Origin: Candidatus Latescibacterota bacterium
GTDB lineage: Bacteria > Latescibacterota > UBA2968 > UBA8231
Length of the DNA stretch: 64,000 nt
NCBI GenBank assembly: GCA_965217585.1
Contig: OZ244561.1
Location: 4,416,001 to 4,480,000, forward strand
Reading direction: 5' to 3'
The notes under the pieces are model-generated. The model ran no database searches. It was not told where the DNA came from and saw nothing but the letters and a program-made list of their open reading frames with translations. Of the stretch, positions 9,444 through 19,564 are shown piece by piece (position 1 is the stretch's first letter; each line of letters begins with the position of its first letter). The position numbers and the translations under genes were made by a program.

Positions 9444-12400
9444 GGGGCTTCGCGGGCTTGCAGGTCTTGGTAGATTTGGTCGTAGTAGCGACGAAGCAAG
9501 GCGCGGTACTCCTCGGGATAGGGGCCGGCGAGGGCTTGGCGCAGGGCTTCACGCCACAGGTCGGGCGTCTGCCCGCGATCTGTGGGTAGGGCGGTTGGGC
9601 CGGCGTAGGGCTGGTCGGTGGCCGTGATACTGCGCCGCTTTTCATCAAAGCCACGGCTGTGGATGGAGCGGCTGGCGTCGAGCATGCGCTGGTAGATGCG
9701 CTCCTGATTTTGCCGCGTGCGCTGGTTGAGCCGCCCGCGCTGTAAGTCGGCGAGCACGTCCCGCATCTCTTTCTGTATGGCTTGCACCCGTTGTTGCGCC
9801 CCTCGGTGCCCGCGCAGCGAACGGCTGATCTCGTCGAGCGCTTGCATGAGGCCCTGCTGTTGGGCGCTGAGGCGCGCGATTTGTTGCTGGAGTCCAGGGC
9901 CTGGCATCTGGCCCATGGCCTGCTCGGAGGCTTGGTTGAGCAGGCTCTGCTGCTCGGAGAGGCCGAGTAGCTGCTGCATGGCCTCGGCAAAGGCCGAGGG
10001 GGTCTGCGCCTTGGCGAGGTTGTCGAGACTCTCGCGCAGGAGTAGGACGGTCTCGTTGAGGTAGCGCATGGCCTTCCTCTGGGGATTGAGCGCGCCCTGC
10101 GCGTCGCGCTGGCCAAGGCGCTGAGCCGCGTCGTGCATGTGGCGCAGGGCGTAGCCGATGGTTGCGCTCAAATCGGGGGCGAGGGCCAAGGTGCGCTGGC
10201 CCACGGCGGCGATGCGCTCCACGACCTGACTAGTGCCTTGCAGGAGCGCGAATTGGTCTTGGGCACGGGCGTCGGCAAACAGGCCCTCTTGGCGCTGGGA
10301 TAGCTGGACGAGGTCGCGCATGGCGCGGCGCAGCTCGCGGCTGAGTTGGTCCTTTTCTGCGGCGAGGTACTCGTCCTGCATCTGCTGCAAGTCCTCGGCT
10401 AGCGCGTCGAGATCTGTGGCTAGCTCCTGCCCGGTCTGCTGGGCCGCGCCTTGGGATTTGGCCCGCATCTGGCGCACCATCTGGCGCATCCGCTCGGAGA
10501 GTGTCTTGCTCTCTATGTCCTCGGCGCGGTGCGCTAGCTGTTCGGCTAGCGCGGGGTTTTGCTCGGCTGTGGAAGTGCTCAGTTCTTGGAGTTGCTCGGA
10601 GAGCCGCTCGGTGTCGCGCTGCAAACTGTCTTCCTGTAGCTGTTGGCGCAGGCCACTCTGACCGTCCGCGAGCTCGCGGTTGATCTGGCTTTGGCGGCGG
10701 GCTAGTTCCGCAGCTTGCTCGACGATGGCGCGCAACTGCTGTTCGATCCGCACCTGTTCGAGCAGGGCAATGGTGCGGTCGAGCCGTTGCTGGAAGGCTT
10801 GCTGGTCTTCGTTAAAGCGCTTGAGGGCGTCGGCGAGGGCTTGGGGGTCTGGGTTGCTGGCGGCTTTTTGGAGGTCGGCGAGGGCCTGCTGCATTTCGGG
10901 GGTGGCGATGTCACCCATGAGTTCGCGGATATGGTCGAGCTTGTCGAGCAACTCTTCGGTGCCCGTGTCCTCGGCCTTCATGGAATCGATGGTTTTCTCC
11001 AATTCAGCCGCGAGTTCCTCTACGGCGCGGGCGCGCTCGGCTTCGGCCTCAAGCGTCGCTTCGAGTTCCTTTTTTTGCTCCCAGCTCAGCTCCTCGCTTT
11101 TGAGCAGCTCGCGGCGCACCCGTTCGATGTACGCCTGATGAGCCTGTCCTTCGGCTGCGAGTTCCTCCAAGGAGGATAGTTGTTCGCCCTGGGCTTGGTC
11201 GGCCTCTGAGTAGAGTTCGTACAGGGAGGGAAAACGCAGCACGTACTGGCGGCTCTGACCCTTTTGCGGGCCGGATACTTGGTTGTTGTCGAGGGCTTCT
11301 AGGTGGTAGTAGATGCGGTCTTCGGGCAAGAGGTTGGCGGCTGATAGGTCCCAAATGTGGCTGACGAGTACCTCGCGCTGAGGGCTGATGGGCAAAGTTC
11401 GGCGCTGTTCGGGGCCGTTGTTGACTCGATAGACCAAGGCGATTTCCTCGACGGAAAAGTCGTCGCTGGCCTCGGCCTTGAGCAGCACCTTGAGGGACTC
11501 GGGCAGGTCGCTGTCACGGCCGGGATCGACGAGGGCGACTTCCGGCTTCTGGTCTTCGCGCACTTGGATGGCGTAGCGGATGGGGTCGCTGTTTTGCGCG
11601 CCCTTGCGATCGACGAGGGCGATGTGGTACGCACCCGGGCGCTCAATTTGGAAGGAGACGCGGGCAGTCGCGCCGTCGAGCTGGGCGGATATAGACAAGG
11701 TGTCGTCGAGGACCAAGGCGGCCTTGGACAGGGGCTTGTTGGCCGCGATTTCGAGGGCGACGCGGGTGCCGGGCAGGCCCTGGATGTCGCCGCCTTCCTC
11801 TTCAATGCGGTCGGGTAGCCGGCTGTAGGCAGGGTACTGGTAGTGCAGGCGCAAGCGCTTGACGGCCGGGGGGTCGATGACGCGCACCTCGTATTCGGGC
11901 GAGCGGTCGTCGCCGACCGCGATGGCGTAGCGGAAGGACCGCTGGATTTGGGGAAAGGTATAAGCGACCGAGTCGGCGCGATCGACCACGAGTTCTTCGA
12001 TCTGGTAGGGTGCTTCTGCGCTCGGGCGGCGCACGATGCGGGCGCGCCGCGGCTTGTGCCCGGCAAAGTGTACTTGCAGGGTGGCGTCCTCGCCCTTGAC
12101 GATTTCGAGGTCGCCGGGCCGGACGGTGATCAGGGTGCGCGCGGGCCGCTCATATGCGGTGAGAGGATGGGCGCAGCGCTGGGCGGCTTGGGCGAGCTCG
12201 TCGCCAAACAGGACACCGCAGAGGAGGGCTAAGGCGACTGTCCCGCCGAGCAGGCGCAGGTAGGCGTAGAGCGGACCACGGTCGAGTATTTGGGACGGAT
12301 CGGCGGCGCGCAAGAGCGCGGCGGCTCGCTCGCTCGCAGCCGCAAGCAGCGCGGGAGAGTGAAGGGTTGGGTCTGCGTCGGATAGCTCTAGCGTGCTGAT

Positions 12401-12712
12401 TAGCCGCTGCTGGAGCGGGGGGCAGCGCCTTTCGACGAAGAGGGCGAAGCGGTGCTGCGAGAGGAGAACGGGCAAGTGCCGCCGCAGGGCAAACGCCAGC
12501 ACTCCCCCGGTACCTAAAAGCGCCAAGATGCCCAAGCTCGTGCGCCAGGGCGGCGAGAGGAAGAACAGAGCTTCGAGCAACACCCACAGCAGGCCGAGAC
12601 CCAGCCCGGCGGCTAGGCACAGGGCTGCTCCGGAGCCGAGGGCGAGGACGAAGGCGCGGCGGCGCAGGGCGGTTAGCGGCGCGAGTATGGATTGGAGATG
12701 TGGGTTGGCCAT
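9440..12712 (-). CDS. DUF4175-like large membrane-anchored coiled-coil protein
   Basis: N-terminal TM helices, Ig-like middle (DQKPEV, ASDDFSV, YYHLEALDNNQVSGP), long Q/E-rich coiled coil, C-terminal PEEYRALLRRYY. Confidence 0.8.
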   Translation of the reverse strand: MANPHLQSILAPLTALRRRAFVLALGSGAALCLAAGLGLGLLWVLLEALFFLSPPWRTSLGILALLGTGGVLAFALRRHLPVLLSQHRFALFVERRCPPLQQRLISTLELSDADPTLHSPALLAAASERAAALLRAADPSQILDRGPLYAYLRLLGGTVALALLCGVLFGDELAQAAQRCAHPLTAYERPARTLITVRPGDLEIVKGEDATLQVHFAGHKPRRARIVRRPSAEAPYQIEELVVDRADSVAYTFPQIQRSFRYAIAVGDDRSPEYEVRVIDPPAVKRLRLHYQYPAYSRLPDRIEEEGGDIQGLPGTRVALEIAANKPLSKAALVLDDTLSISAQLDGATARVSFQIERPGAYHIALVDRKGAQNSDPIRYAIQVREDQKPEVALVDPGRDSDLPESLKVLLKAEASDDFSVEEIALVYRVNNGPEQRRTLPISPQREVLVSHIWDLSAANLLPEDRIYYHLEALDNNQVSGPQKGQSRQYVLRFPSLYELYSEADQAQGEQLSSLEELAAEGQAHQAYIERVRRELLKSEELSWEQKKELEATLEAEAERARAVEELAAELEKTIDSMKAEDTGTEELLDKLDHIRELMGDIATPEMQQALADLQKAASNPDPQALADALKRFNEDQQAFQQRLDRTIALLEQVRIEQQLRAIVEQAAELARRQSQINRELADGQSGLRQQLQEDSLQRDTERLSEQLQELSTSTAEQNPALAEQLAHRAEDIESKTLSERMRQMVRQMRAKSQGAAQQTGQELATDLDALAEDLQQMQDEYLAAEKDQLSRELRRAMRDLVQLSQRQEGLFADARAQDQFALLQGTSQVVERIAAVGQRTLALAPDLSATIGYALRHMHDAAQRLGQRDAQGALNPQRKAMRYLNETVLLLRESLDNLAKAQTPSAFAEAMQQLLGLSEQQSLLNQASEQAMGQMPGPGLQQQIARLSAQQQGLMQALDEISRSLRGHRGAQQRVQAIQKEMRDVLADLQRGRLNQRTRQNQERIYQRMLDASRSIHSRGFDEKRRSITATDQPYAGPTALPTDRGQTPDLWREALRQALAGPYPEEYRALLRRYYDQIYQDLQAREAP

Positions 12713-12766
12713 GATGCGTTAGTTGAAATTAGAACACGACGTTAACTGCCGCCAGGAACGGCAGCC

Positions 12767-14719
12767 CTACCAAGTCATCACTGCGTTGCCGCTCTCACTG
12801 GCCAAGTAGTCGATGGCGTACCAGAGGCCGGCGGTGACGAACTGGCCGAGGATTAGACCCATGAAGAGGGGCCGGGTTCTCAAGTAGAGCACCGGGCCGC
12901 CGTAGCGGAGGACGAGGGTCTTGCAGAGCCAAGCGAGGAAAACGCTGAAAAACATGGTGCCGAAGACCGCGCTGATGGGAAAGCCCAAGGGATGGAAAGG
13001 CCACCAGAACAGGTGTTGGCGAGCCGCTAGCAAAAGTCCCATGACCCCTGCGCCGAGGGCGGTATAGGCCCAGTTTTCCCAGTGCGGCCCGTCGAGGGCT
13101 TGCAGGCGGGCGGCTGCGTTGTCAAAGGGATAGCGCGCTGCGCCGCCGAAGAAGAACGAGTCGGTATTGATGCCACCGTAGCGATAGCCCAAGTCGAGGA
13201 TGGCCCAGATCGAGCTGCCGAGGGTGACGAAAATGGCGAGGAGGATGCCCCAGAAGATGAGGCGGCGGCCCTTTTTTATGGTTTCCTCGGCTAGCTTGAG
13301 GCCGTTGGCGCAGGAGGCCATGACAAAGGTGAGGATGTCGCTGGCCCACACGTACGTAAAGGCGAGGGCGGTGACGCCAGACGCGCCGATGGTGCGGGTG
13401 CCAAAGCCGGCCGCGACAAAGTCCGAGGCGATCATGGGCGCGAAGATAAAGGCAAGCCCCCCCTCGGCGACCACGCGGGTGATGCCGATGAAGAGGACAA
13501 AGGCGAAGAAGAGATAGATGGGGGTGACCCAAGCCGGCAGGCCCGACTGCCACAGCCACACGCCCATAAAGGCGAGGCTACCGGCCAGCACTAGCAGGGC
13601 CGCGCGGTAGGAGAGAATTTCTCCAGAGTCGTCGATGTCCGGCGCGCCAAAGATGGCCTTGCGCACCACGTCGCGCAGGTGGCGGCGGGCCGTCCACAGG
13701 CCGAAGAGCACCAAGGCGATGACCGCGCCAAACCCTTGGTGGACGATGATGGAGCCGGTGTACGTGCTATACGCGCCGAGCACCGGGTCGATTTTCTGCA
13801 CCCCGAAGATGTTGAAAATGCCCTGTTGGACGGTGTTGAGCAGGTAGAAGAAGCACAATCCAAAGGCGATGTCGCGGTTGACGAAGTAGGAAAAGCCCAG
13901 CATCTGAAAACTCAGGCGGAGCGGGATGTGGATGCTGTCGCGGAAGAGCGGGATCGAATGATCGAGACTGACGCGGGGGAAGTAGGGGAAGTAGTGGTTC
14001 AGCCCGTTGGCACTTTGGATGATGGCGGGTATGGCGAAGCCGATCCACAGTAGCGGATTCTTGAAAAAGGCGTTGAGTACACCCGGGCGGGTGTCGTCTT
14101 CTTGGAGCATGGCAATGGGCAGTTGGACCAGCGGAAAAATCAAGCGCTCGTTTTCGATCCACTGCTTGCGCAACACGACCATGATGGAAATCATCGCCAA
14201 GTAGAGCGCGAGCACGAAGGGCAGCCAAAAAGCTAGCGGGGGCAACCACAAGCCCCAGGGGATGCCCGCGCCTTGGGGCGCGCCCTCGTAGAAGTTCTTG
14301 ATTTGGTCGAAGTCGTGGTGCGGGATGAGCCAATCTGGGACGAGCGGATGGAGCAGTTCGGCCCAGTTGTTTTCGGGTGTGGCATAGTAGATGACGCTGG
14401 TAATATCGGGCAAGAGGAAGGCGGTAAGCCCCCACTCGGGGATGGAGGTGGCGACGATCCACATGATGTAGATCAGGGCCAGCTCGGCCCGGTTCAGCAT
14501 CCAAGAGCGGCGCACTAGGCCCAGCAGGGTGTTGACGACAAAGACGAGCAGAAAGAAGAGGATGATCGCAGCGGGCGTGTTGAAGTACGAGGCGATCCGG
14601 GAGCCGTGGAGCACCATGTTGCAATACGGGACGCCGGCGCCAATGGCCCAAGCACCGGCCGCGCCGACGAGGAGGGCGCGGAGTCCGGGCCGCTGTGCGG
14701 TAGGTGAAGTCGCGGTCAA
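12767..14719 (-). CDS. DUF6785/DUF6784-like polytopic inner-membrane protein (putative transporter), paralog 1
   Basis: Many TM helices; YYATPENNW, IPWGLWLPPL, LRKQWIENERLIFPLVQLP, RVVAEGG, WWPFHPLGF, LRYGG, RPLFMGLILG. TTG start. Confidence 0.85.
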   Translation of the reverse strand: MTATSPTAQRPGLRALLVGAAGAWAIGAGVPYCNMVLHGSRIASYFNTPAAIILFFLLVFVVNTLLGLVRRSWMLNRAELALIYIMWIVATSIPEWGLTAFLLPDITSVIYYATPENNWAELLHPLVPDWLIPHHDFDQIKNFYEGAPQGAGIPWGLWLPPLAFWLPFVLALYLAMISIMVVLRKQWIENERLIFPLVQLPIAMLQEDDTRPGVLNAFFKNPLLWIGFAIPAIIQSANGLNHYFPYFPRVSLDHSIPLFRDSIHIPLRLSFQMLGFSYFVNRDIAFGLCFFYLLNTVQQGIFNIFGVQKIDPVLGAYSTYTGSIIVHQGFGAVIALVLFGLWTARRHLRDVVRKAIFGAPDIDDSGEILSYRAALLVLAGSLAFMGVWLWQSGLPAWVTPIYLFFAFVLFIGITRVVAEGGLAFIFAPMIASDFVAAGFGTRTIGASGVTALAFTYVWASDILTFVMASCANGLKLAEETIKKGRRLIFWGILLAIFVTLGSSIWAILDLGYRYGGINTDSFFFGGAARYPFDNAAARLQALDGPHWENWAYTALGAGVMGLLLAARQHLFWWPFHPLGFPISAVFGTMFFSVFLAWLCKTLVLRYGGPVLYLRTRPLFMGLILGQFVTAGLWYAIDYLASESGNAVMTW

Positions 14720-14781
14720 GGGATGGGGTGGGAATCAGGGGACGGCTGCATGGGGATCGCATATTGGGAGGGTGGGCGCTG

Positions 14782-15756
14782 TCAGTTGAGCCGCACAAAG
14801 CGCGCGGTCTGGGCGGGGTCGATCACCAGTTCCACTACCGACTCTTCGTTGGTCGTGGTCCTCAGCAGCAGCTCGAAGTCGTCGAGCTGGGGCACGAAGC
14901 GTCCGGTGCCGTCTAAGACGAGGTCTTGCCCGTCGTGGGCGAGCAACTCGAACTGGCGGATAAAATCCGTCTGAAAGGGGTACTGGGGCTCGTTCTGCAC
15001 GGTGTTGCGCGGATAGAAGCGGATGCGGTTGATGCCAATGGGGCTGCCGAGATCGAGGACGATAAAGGTGCCCAAGGCCCCAAAGGCCCCCTTGCGGGCG
15101 AACGCGTCTTCGGCCCCGCCCGGCTCGATTAGCTCCAGCAGGGTCGCCTCCAGCGCAGATGCGGGCACATCCTTGATGGCCGGTGCCGTAATGCCGCCGC
15201 CCCACCCAAGGGCGCGCTGGGCCACGTTCTCGCCGCGGGCGACGTGATCCGGGCTTAACAAGACCGGCAGGATGAGTGGATCAACGCCTGCGGAACGCAC
15301 CGGCTCTAGTGCGGCGGCGACCTGCGCCACGGCCTCGTCGAGGGGAATGTCGTCCGCAAAATCAAGGTGAATCAGAGAGAGTCCCTCGCGCTGGGAAGGC
15401 GTGATCGCCGTCGTCCCCGGCAGGGATGAGACCGCGTCTAGCAGCTTTTCTTCGGCTAGGACCAGTTCGCCAGCGAGCAGTTTGGGCGGTGCTTGGATGA
15501 GGGTTTTGACCAGTACTTGGGGGCTTACCACTGCTAGGTTGGACAGGTCGATGACGTTACCCGGTACATTGCCGACCTCGGTCGAGAACCGGCTGATCTT
15601 GTATTCGGCGGGGAGCGTCTGCACGGCGGCACCGAAGGTCTGCCCGGCCCAAGAGACGTTGCCGTTGTTGCCCACCCGCAGGGTATCGAGTGCCAGCAGG
15701 TCAGTGGCGAGCGTCAGCGCCCCCCAGAGAATGCCCAACATGAGCCGATAACCCAT
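14782..15756 (-). pseudogene. C-terminally truncated member of the secreted paralog family
   Basis: Signal peptide and IVLDLGSPIGINRIRFYPR motif shared with 15877-17841 and 56852-59347. Stops at ARFVRLN, where the paralogs continue for several hundred aa. Confidence 0.65.
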
Positions 15757-15876
15757 AAAAACCTGCCTGTTAGGAATGGATCTGCTAATATAGAACCTAG
15801 CCAAAAGAGTGCATAGCGGGTTTTTTTTACTATGTTGCATCCACGCCCTCCACCCCCTAAAAGTCGAGGTCGGGAT

Positions 15877-17841
15877 ATGTTCTTTGTTGGTCTTTTGCTC
15901 GGCGCACTGGTCGCCTCGCCGGCCCTCGCTTTCAACGCGTATAAACTCGGCGGCGAGGACGGCAATGCTTGGATGGCGGCCCTGTCCTTTGAGCCGGGCC
16001 ACTACGCGGTGCTCGACAGTGCGGGCGGACCGATTGAGATGCGGCCGGTGGCTTCCAATATCGCCTATGCCACTTGGGAAGACACGCTCAACGAAATCGT
16101 CGATGTGGACGATGGGCAGTGGATGCGCCCGTTTTTCGTGCCGCCGGATTTGAACTTGGCGCACCCCGAGGTCCGCACCCGCATTGCCCGCGGCATTTCC
16201 AACAACATCACCACCAGCGGGAGCTGCAGCGACATCTCCACCCAATTGGTGCAGGTTGCCCCCATGTTCGATGGCGACCCCAACACGGCGGCGTTTTTCA
16301 ACGTCAGCACCAGCGCAAGCAGCGGGATCCAGAGTCGGTTGTACGTCCAGAATTCGATTGTCGAGTTGGGCGTCAACTACCCGATCAATCGGATCCGCTT
16401 CTACCCGCGGCTGGGCACTACCAACCCCAAAATCGACGAGCTACTCGCGCTGATGGGAGAGCCGCGACTCGCCAGAGAAGACTTGGCCGAGGAGGATTTC
16501 ACCGAGAACTTTCTGTCCTGGTACGAGGTCTCGGCGGCCAATAGCTCCAACAACTTTGCCTCCCACTGCTATTTGAGCACCTCCGCGAACCGCTGGTTTG
16601 CCTCGATAAGCAGCCGCCGCTTGGATGCGCCCAACGATTCGCGGCTGATTACCCTGAGCAAAGAAACCGAAAATTTGGACCCGATCGTCGATATCCGCTT
16701 CCCAATCCAGCAGTTCCAGTGGGTGGCCGTGCGCCCGCTCAACCCGATTGAAAACTGGGAGATCGCCGAATTTGAGATCTTTGGCGAGGGCTTTGTCGAA
16801 CGCGCCGTGTACACCACGGCCGTGCTCGACTTTGGCACGCCCATGGCGTGGGGCAAGATCCGCTGGGCCGGCGCGTTCGAGGAGGGGTCTAATGTGATTA
16901 TCCGCACTCGCTCGGGCAGCGACCCAGATCCCAATTTGTACTGGGTGCCGAGCAACATAGAGGGCGAGCCGACGCAGCTAATCCGCAAGGAGTTTGAACG
17001 CGCCGATTTGTCTGTGCGCTTTACGACCCTCGACGAAGAAAACTGGAGCTTCTGGTCGGCACCCTACGCGCTGACGGCCGGTCAGCGCGATTCTACCGCA
17101 GAGGCGACAGAGTGGAGGGACGGCACCCCAATCCTCTCGCCCGGCCCCGAGCGCTATTTGCAAATCCAAGTCATCTTCCTGTCGAGCCTGCATCAGGCCG
17201 GCGCGCTGCGCGAGTTGGAGATTCAGTTCGCGCCGCCAGCCGCCTTAGAGGTCGTCGGGGAGATTTGGCCGCAGGACGTCTCGCGCAGCGAGAGCACGAC
17301 CTTCACCTATAGCGTGCGCCCAACCTTTGCTCCAGGCGACACGGGTTTTGATCGGCTGGAAATTTTCACGCTGACCCGCGCCGAGGCCGTGCATGCCGTG
17401 CGCGTCGATGGCGTCGCCTTGGGCAGCGACTTTCCGGTCGAAATCCTCGACGACCGCATCGTCGTGGCCCTGCCCAAGCTGGCGGGTACGGACGACACGT
17501 TCAAGCTCATTGAGGTGGAGTTCGCCGCCCACGTGGTGCGCTATGGAACCCAATTTCAAGGCTGGGTCTTCGACAGCACGGGCGCGGGCGTCAAACAGCT
17601 CATCGACCCTGGGGACGCCAACATCGACTTCCCGGGCAACTCTCTGGGGGTGCGCACCGACGAGTTGGGTGCGAATCCGCTGGCGCAAGTTCGCGTCGCG
17701 CCCAATCCATTCACCCCCAATGGCGACGGCCTCAACGACGCGGGCCAGCCGGTGCCTCCGGGCCACTACATCTACCGCATCTCACTGGACACCGACGAAG
17801 AGTCGGAGAATCGAATCGGCACTATTTCACTCATTTACTAA
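15877..17841 (+). CDS. Secreted protein of the paralog family; type-B-CTD/FlgD-like tail carries an internal deletion
   Basis: Signal peptide MFFVGLLLGALVASPALA; PINRIRFYPR, WEIAEFEIFGEGF, WGKIRW, WSFWS, GFDRLEI, NPFTPNGDGLND; GAGGT RBS. Confidence 0.85.
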   Translation: MFFVGLLLGALVASPALAFNAYKLGGEDGNAWMAALSFEPGHYAVLDSAGGPIEMRPVASNIAYATWEDTLNEIVDVDDGQWMRPFFVPPDLNLAHPEVRTRIARGISNNITTSGSCSDISTQLVQVAPMFDGDPNTAAFFNVSTSASSGIQSRLYVQNSIVELGVNYPINRIRFYPRLGTTNPKIDELLALMGEPRLAREDLAEEDFTENFLSWYEVSAANSSNNFASHCYLSTSANRWFASISSRRLDAPNDSRLITLSKETENLDPIVDIRFPIQQFQWVAVRPLNPIENWEIAEFEIFGEGFVERAVYTTAVLDFGTPMAWGKIRWAGAFEEGSNVIIRTRSGSDPDPNLYWVPSNIEGEPTQLIRKEFERADLSVRFTTLDEENWSFWSAPYALTAGQRDSTAEATEWRDGTPILSPGPERYLQIQVIFLSSLHQAGALRELEIQFAPPAALEVVGEIWPQDVSRSESTTFTYSVRPTFAPGDTGFDRLEIFTLTRAEAVHAVRVDGVALGSDFPVEILDDRIVVALPKLAGTDDTFKLIEVEFAAHVVRYGTQFQGWVFDSTGAGVKQLIDPGDANIDFPGNSLGVRTDELGANPLAQVRVAPNPFTPNGDGLNDAGQPVPPGHYIYRISLDTDEESENRIGTISLIY

Positions 17842-17887
17842 TTCGTTGCCCCTTCCCTTGTTCGCCCACTTTGAACAGAAAAATTTT

Positions 17888-19564
17888 GTGCGATGTTCGC
17901 GGCTGCTAGGCTGCGTTCTGGCGTATCTAACGTCAGCCTGTATCGCTGCCGAAGACCCGGTCGTCGCCGAGGTCGGGCCACACCAGATTACGGCCCAGCA
18001 CTTGCGGGCCTTCGTCGAGCAACTCCCGGCCGAACAGCCTAGTGAGGCGGTGGACAAGCGCCAGTACCTCCAGCTGCTCATCAATCGCTACCTCCTAGAG
18101 GCAGATAACCAGAGCCTCGATACCATTCAGGTCCAGGTTTATCGACAACATCTGGAACGCGCCCTGCCGGACTCGCTGATTCAGCGGAAAAACCAGCAGC
18201 GGGGTGCGCTGTTGAGCCAGCGCGGCGGGGCCTTCCTCAAGCAGGGCCGCCTGCGCCGGGCGCTGACCGTTCTCGCCGAGGCGACCACCTATGCCCCTAC
18301 GCTGGCGCAGACCTACTTCTACATCGGGCTGGCTCATGCCCGCCTAGACGAAAACGGGCATGCCGTACCTGCCTTTGAACGCGCCGTGGCCCTCGCCCCA
18401 GACAGGGCCGACTTTCACTACGCGCTCGGCACAGCCCTCCAGCTAGAGCACCGCTACGGGGACGCAGCCACCCGTCTTCAGCAGGCCATCGCCCTGAGAG
18501 CGGACCGTCCCCATTACTACTTTCGCTTGGGGGAAGCGCACCGATCCTTGGCGTCTTTTGATCAGGCGTTGGTCGCCTACGACGCGGCCCTCGCGCTCCA
18601 GCCAGACCACGCCGAGGCCCTATACCGACGCAGCGACCTGCTGGCCCGCAGCGGCGATTTAGAGGCCGCCGCCGCCGGTTTCAAAAGCGTCTTGGCCCTA
18701 CAGCCGGAGCACGCGGGGTCCCTCATTGGCTTGGCCGGGATACATGCCAAACAACAGCGGCATACCAAAGCCGTTGCCGCTCTCGAACAGGTACTCCACT
18801 TAGACTCGTCGAACCCCCGTCCTTACTACCTGTTGAGCCAAGCCTACGCGCAGGTGGGGCAACAGGCGGAGGCGGAGGCTGCTGCGACCGCGTTCCAGCG
18901 CCTAAGTGCAGCCGAGCGGCACTATAAGCAGGGCATCAGAAATGCCAACCAGCGCTACTGGGACCGCGCTGCTGCCCTGCTGGCGCGTGCCATAGAGATT
19001 GATTCGTCCTACGTGCAGGCGCATATCCGCTTGGCGATGGTCCGCCTGTACCAGAACGCGCAGGCAAAAGGCATATCGGCCTTAGAGCGGGCCATTGCCC
19101 TTGATCCGCACAATGTGGAAGCACATTGTCTTTTGGGCGAAGCCCACGCATCTGCTGGTCGCCCGGACTCGGCGCGCTCGTTTTTTGCCCGGGCGCTGGA
19201 CTTGGACTCTACTTCCGTGCGGGCGCACCACGGCCAGGGCAAGGCGGCATACCAAGCTGGCGATTTGCCCGCGGCGGTAGCCGCCTTCCACCGCTCCTTG
19301 GCCATCGAGCCGGACCACCGCGACAGCCACTATTTCTTGGGTCAGGTGTACGTGCAGTTGGGCGAGTACCGCAAGGCGGCACACAGTTTCCAGATGTGTA
19401 TTGAAATCGAGCCCAGCGATGTGCAGGCTCGCTACAGCGCGGGGCAGTTGTCGATGCGTCTTGGCCGCGCAGACCTCGCCCGACGCGCCTTTGAAAAAGT
19501 GCTGGAATACAACCCCGACCACGCCGAGGCGCAGGAACAACTAGCACAATTGGAGAAACAATGA
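17888..19564 (+). CDS. Exported multi-TPR protein with a SurA/PPIase-like N-terminal segment
   Basis: GTG start chosen by inference. EDPVVAEVGPHQITAQHLRAF...RQYLQLLINRYLL resembles the N-terminus of the PPIase at 46184-47680; about a dozen TPR-like repeats follow. Confidence 0.8.
   Translation: MRCSRLLGCVLAYLTSACIAAEDPVVAEVGPHQITAQHLRAFVEQLPAEQPSEAVDKRQYLQLLINRYLLEADNQSLDTIQVQVYRQHLERALPDSLIQRKNQQRGALLSQRGGAFLKQGRLRRALTVLAEATTYAPTLAQTYFYIGLAHARLDENGHAVPAFERAVALAPDRADFHYALGTALQLEHRYGDAATRLQQAIALRADRPHYYFRLGEAHRSLASFDQALVAYDAALALQPDHAEALYRRSDLLARSGDLEAAAAGFKSVLALQPEHAGSLIGLAGIHAKQQRHTKAVAALEQVLHLDSSNPRPYYLLSQAYAQVGQQAEAEAAATAFQRLSAAERHYKQGIRNANQRYWDRAAALLARAIEIDSSYVQAHIRLAMVRLYQNAQAKGISALERAIALDPHNVEAHCLLGEAHASAGRPDSARSFFARALDLDSTSVRAHHGQGKAAYQAGDLPAAVAAFHRSLAIEPDHRDSHYFLGQVYVQLGEYRKAAHSFQMCIEIEPSDVQARYSAGQLSMRLGRADLARRAFEKVLEYNPDHAEAQEQLAQLEKQ

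Noticed and set aside
14735-14790. Possible UGA read-through or frameshift extending the 14782-15756 gene
   Set aside because: No Cys-equivalent context or SECIS-like hairpin; the downstream sequence does not resume the paralog motifs and the transporter gene starts about 60 bp later.
17393-17887. Long N-terminal extensions in the ORF track (this TPR ORF, also 14782-16245, 50805-53732, sucA, purL)
   Set aside because: The extensions overlap neighbouring genes; downstream starts have an RBS and/or signal peptide and were used instead.
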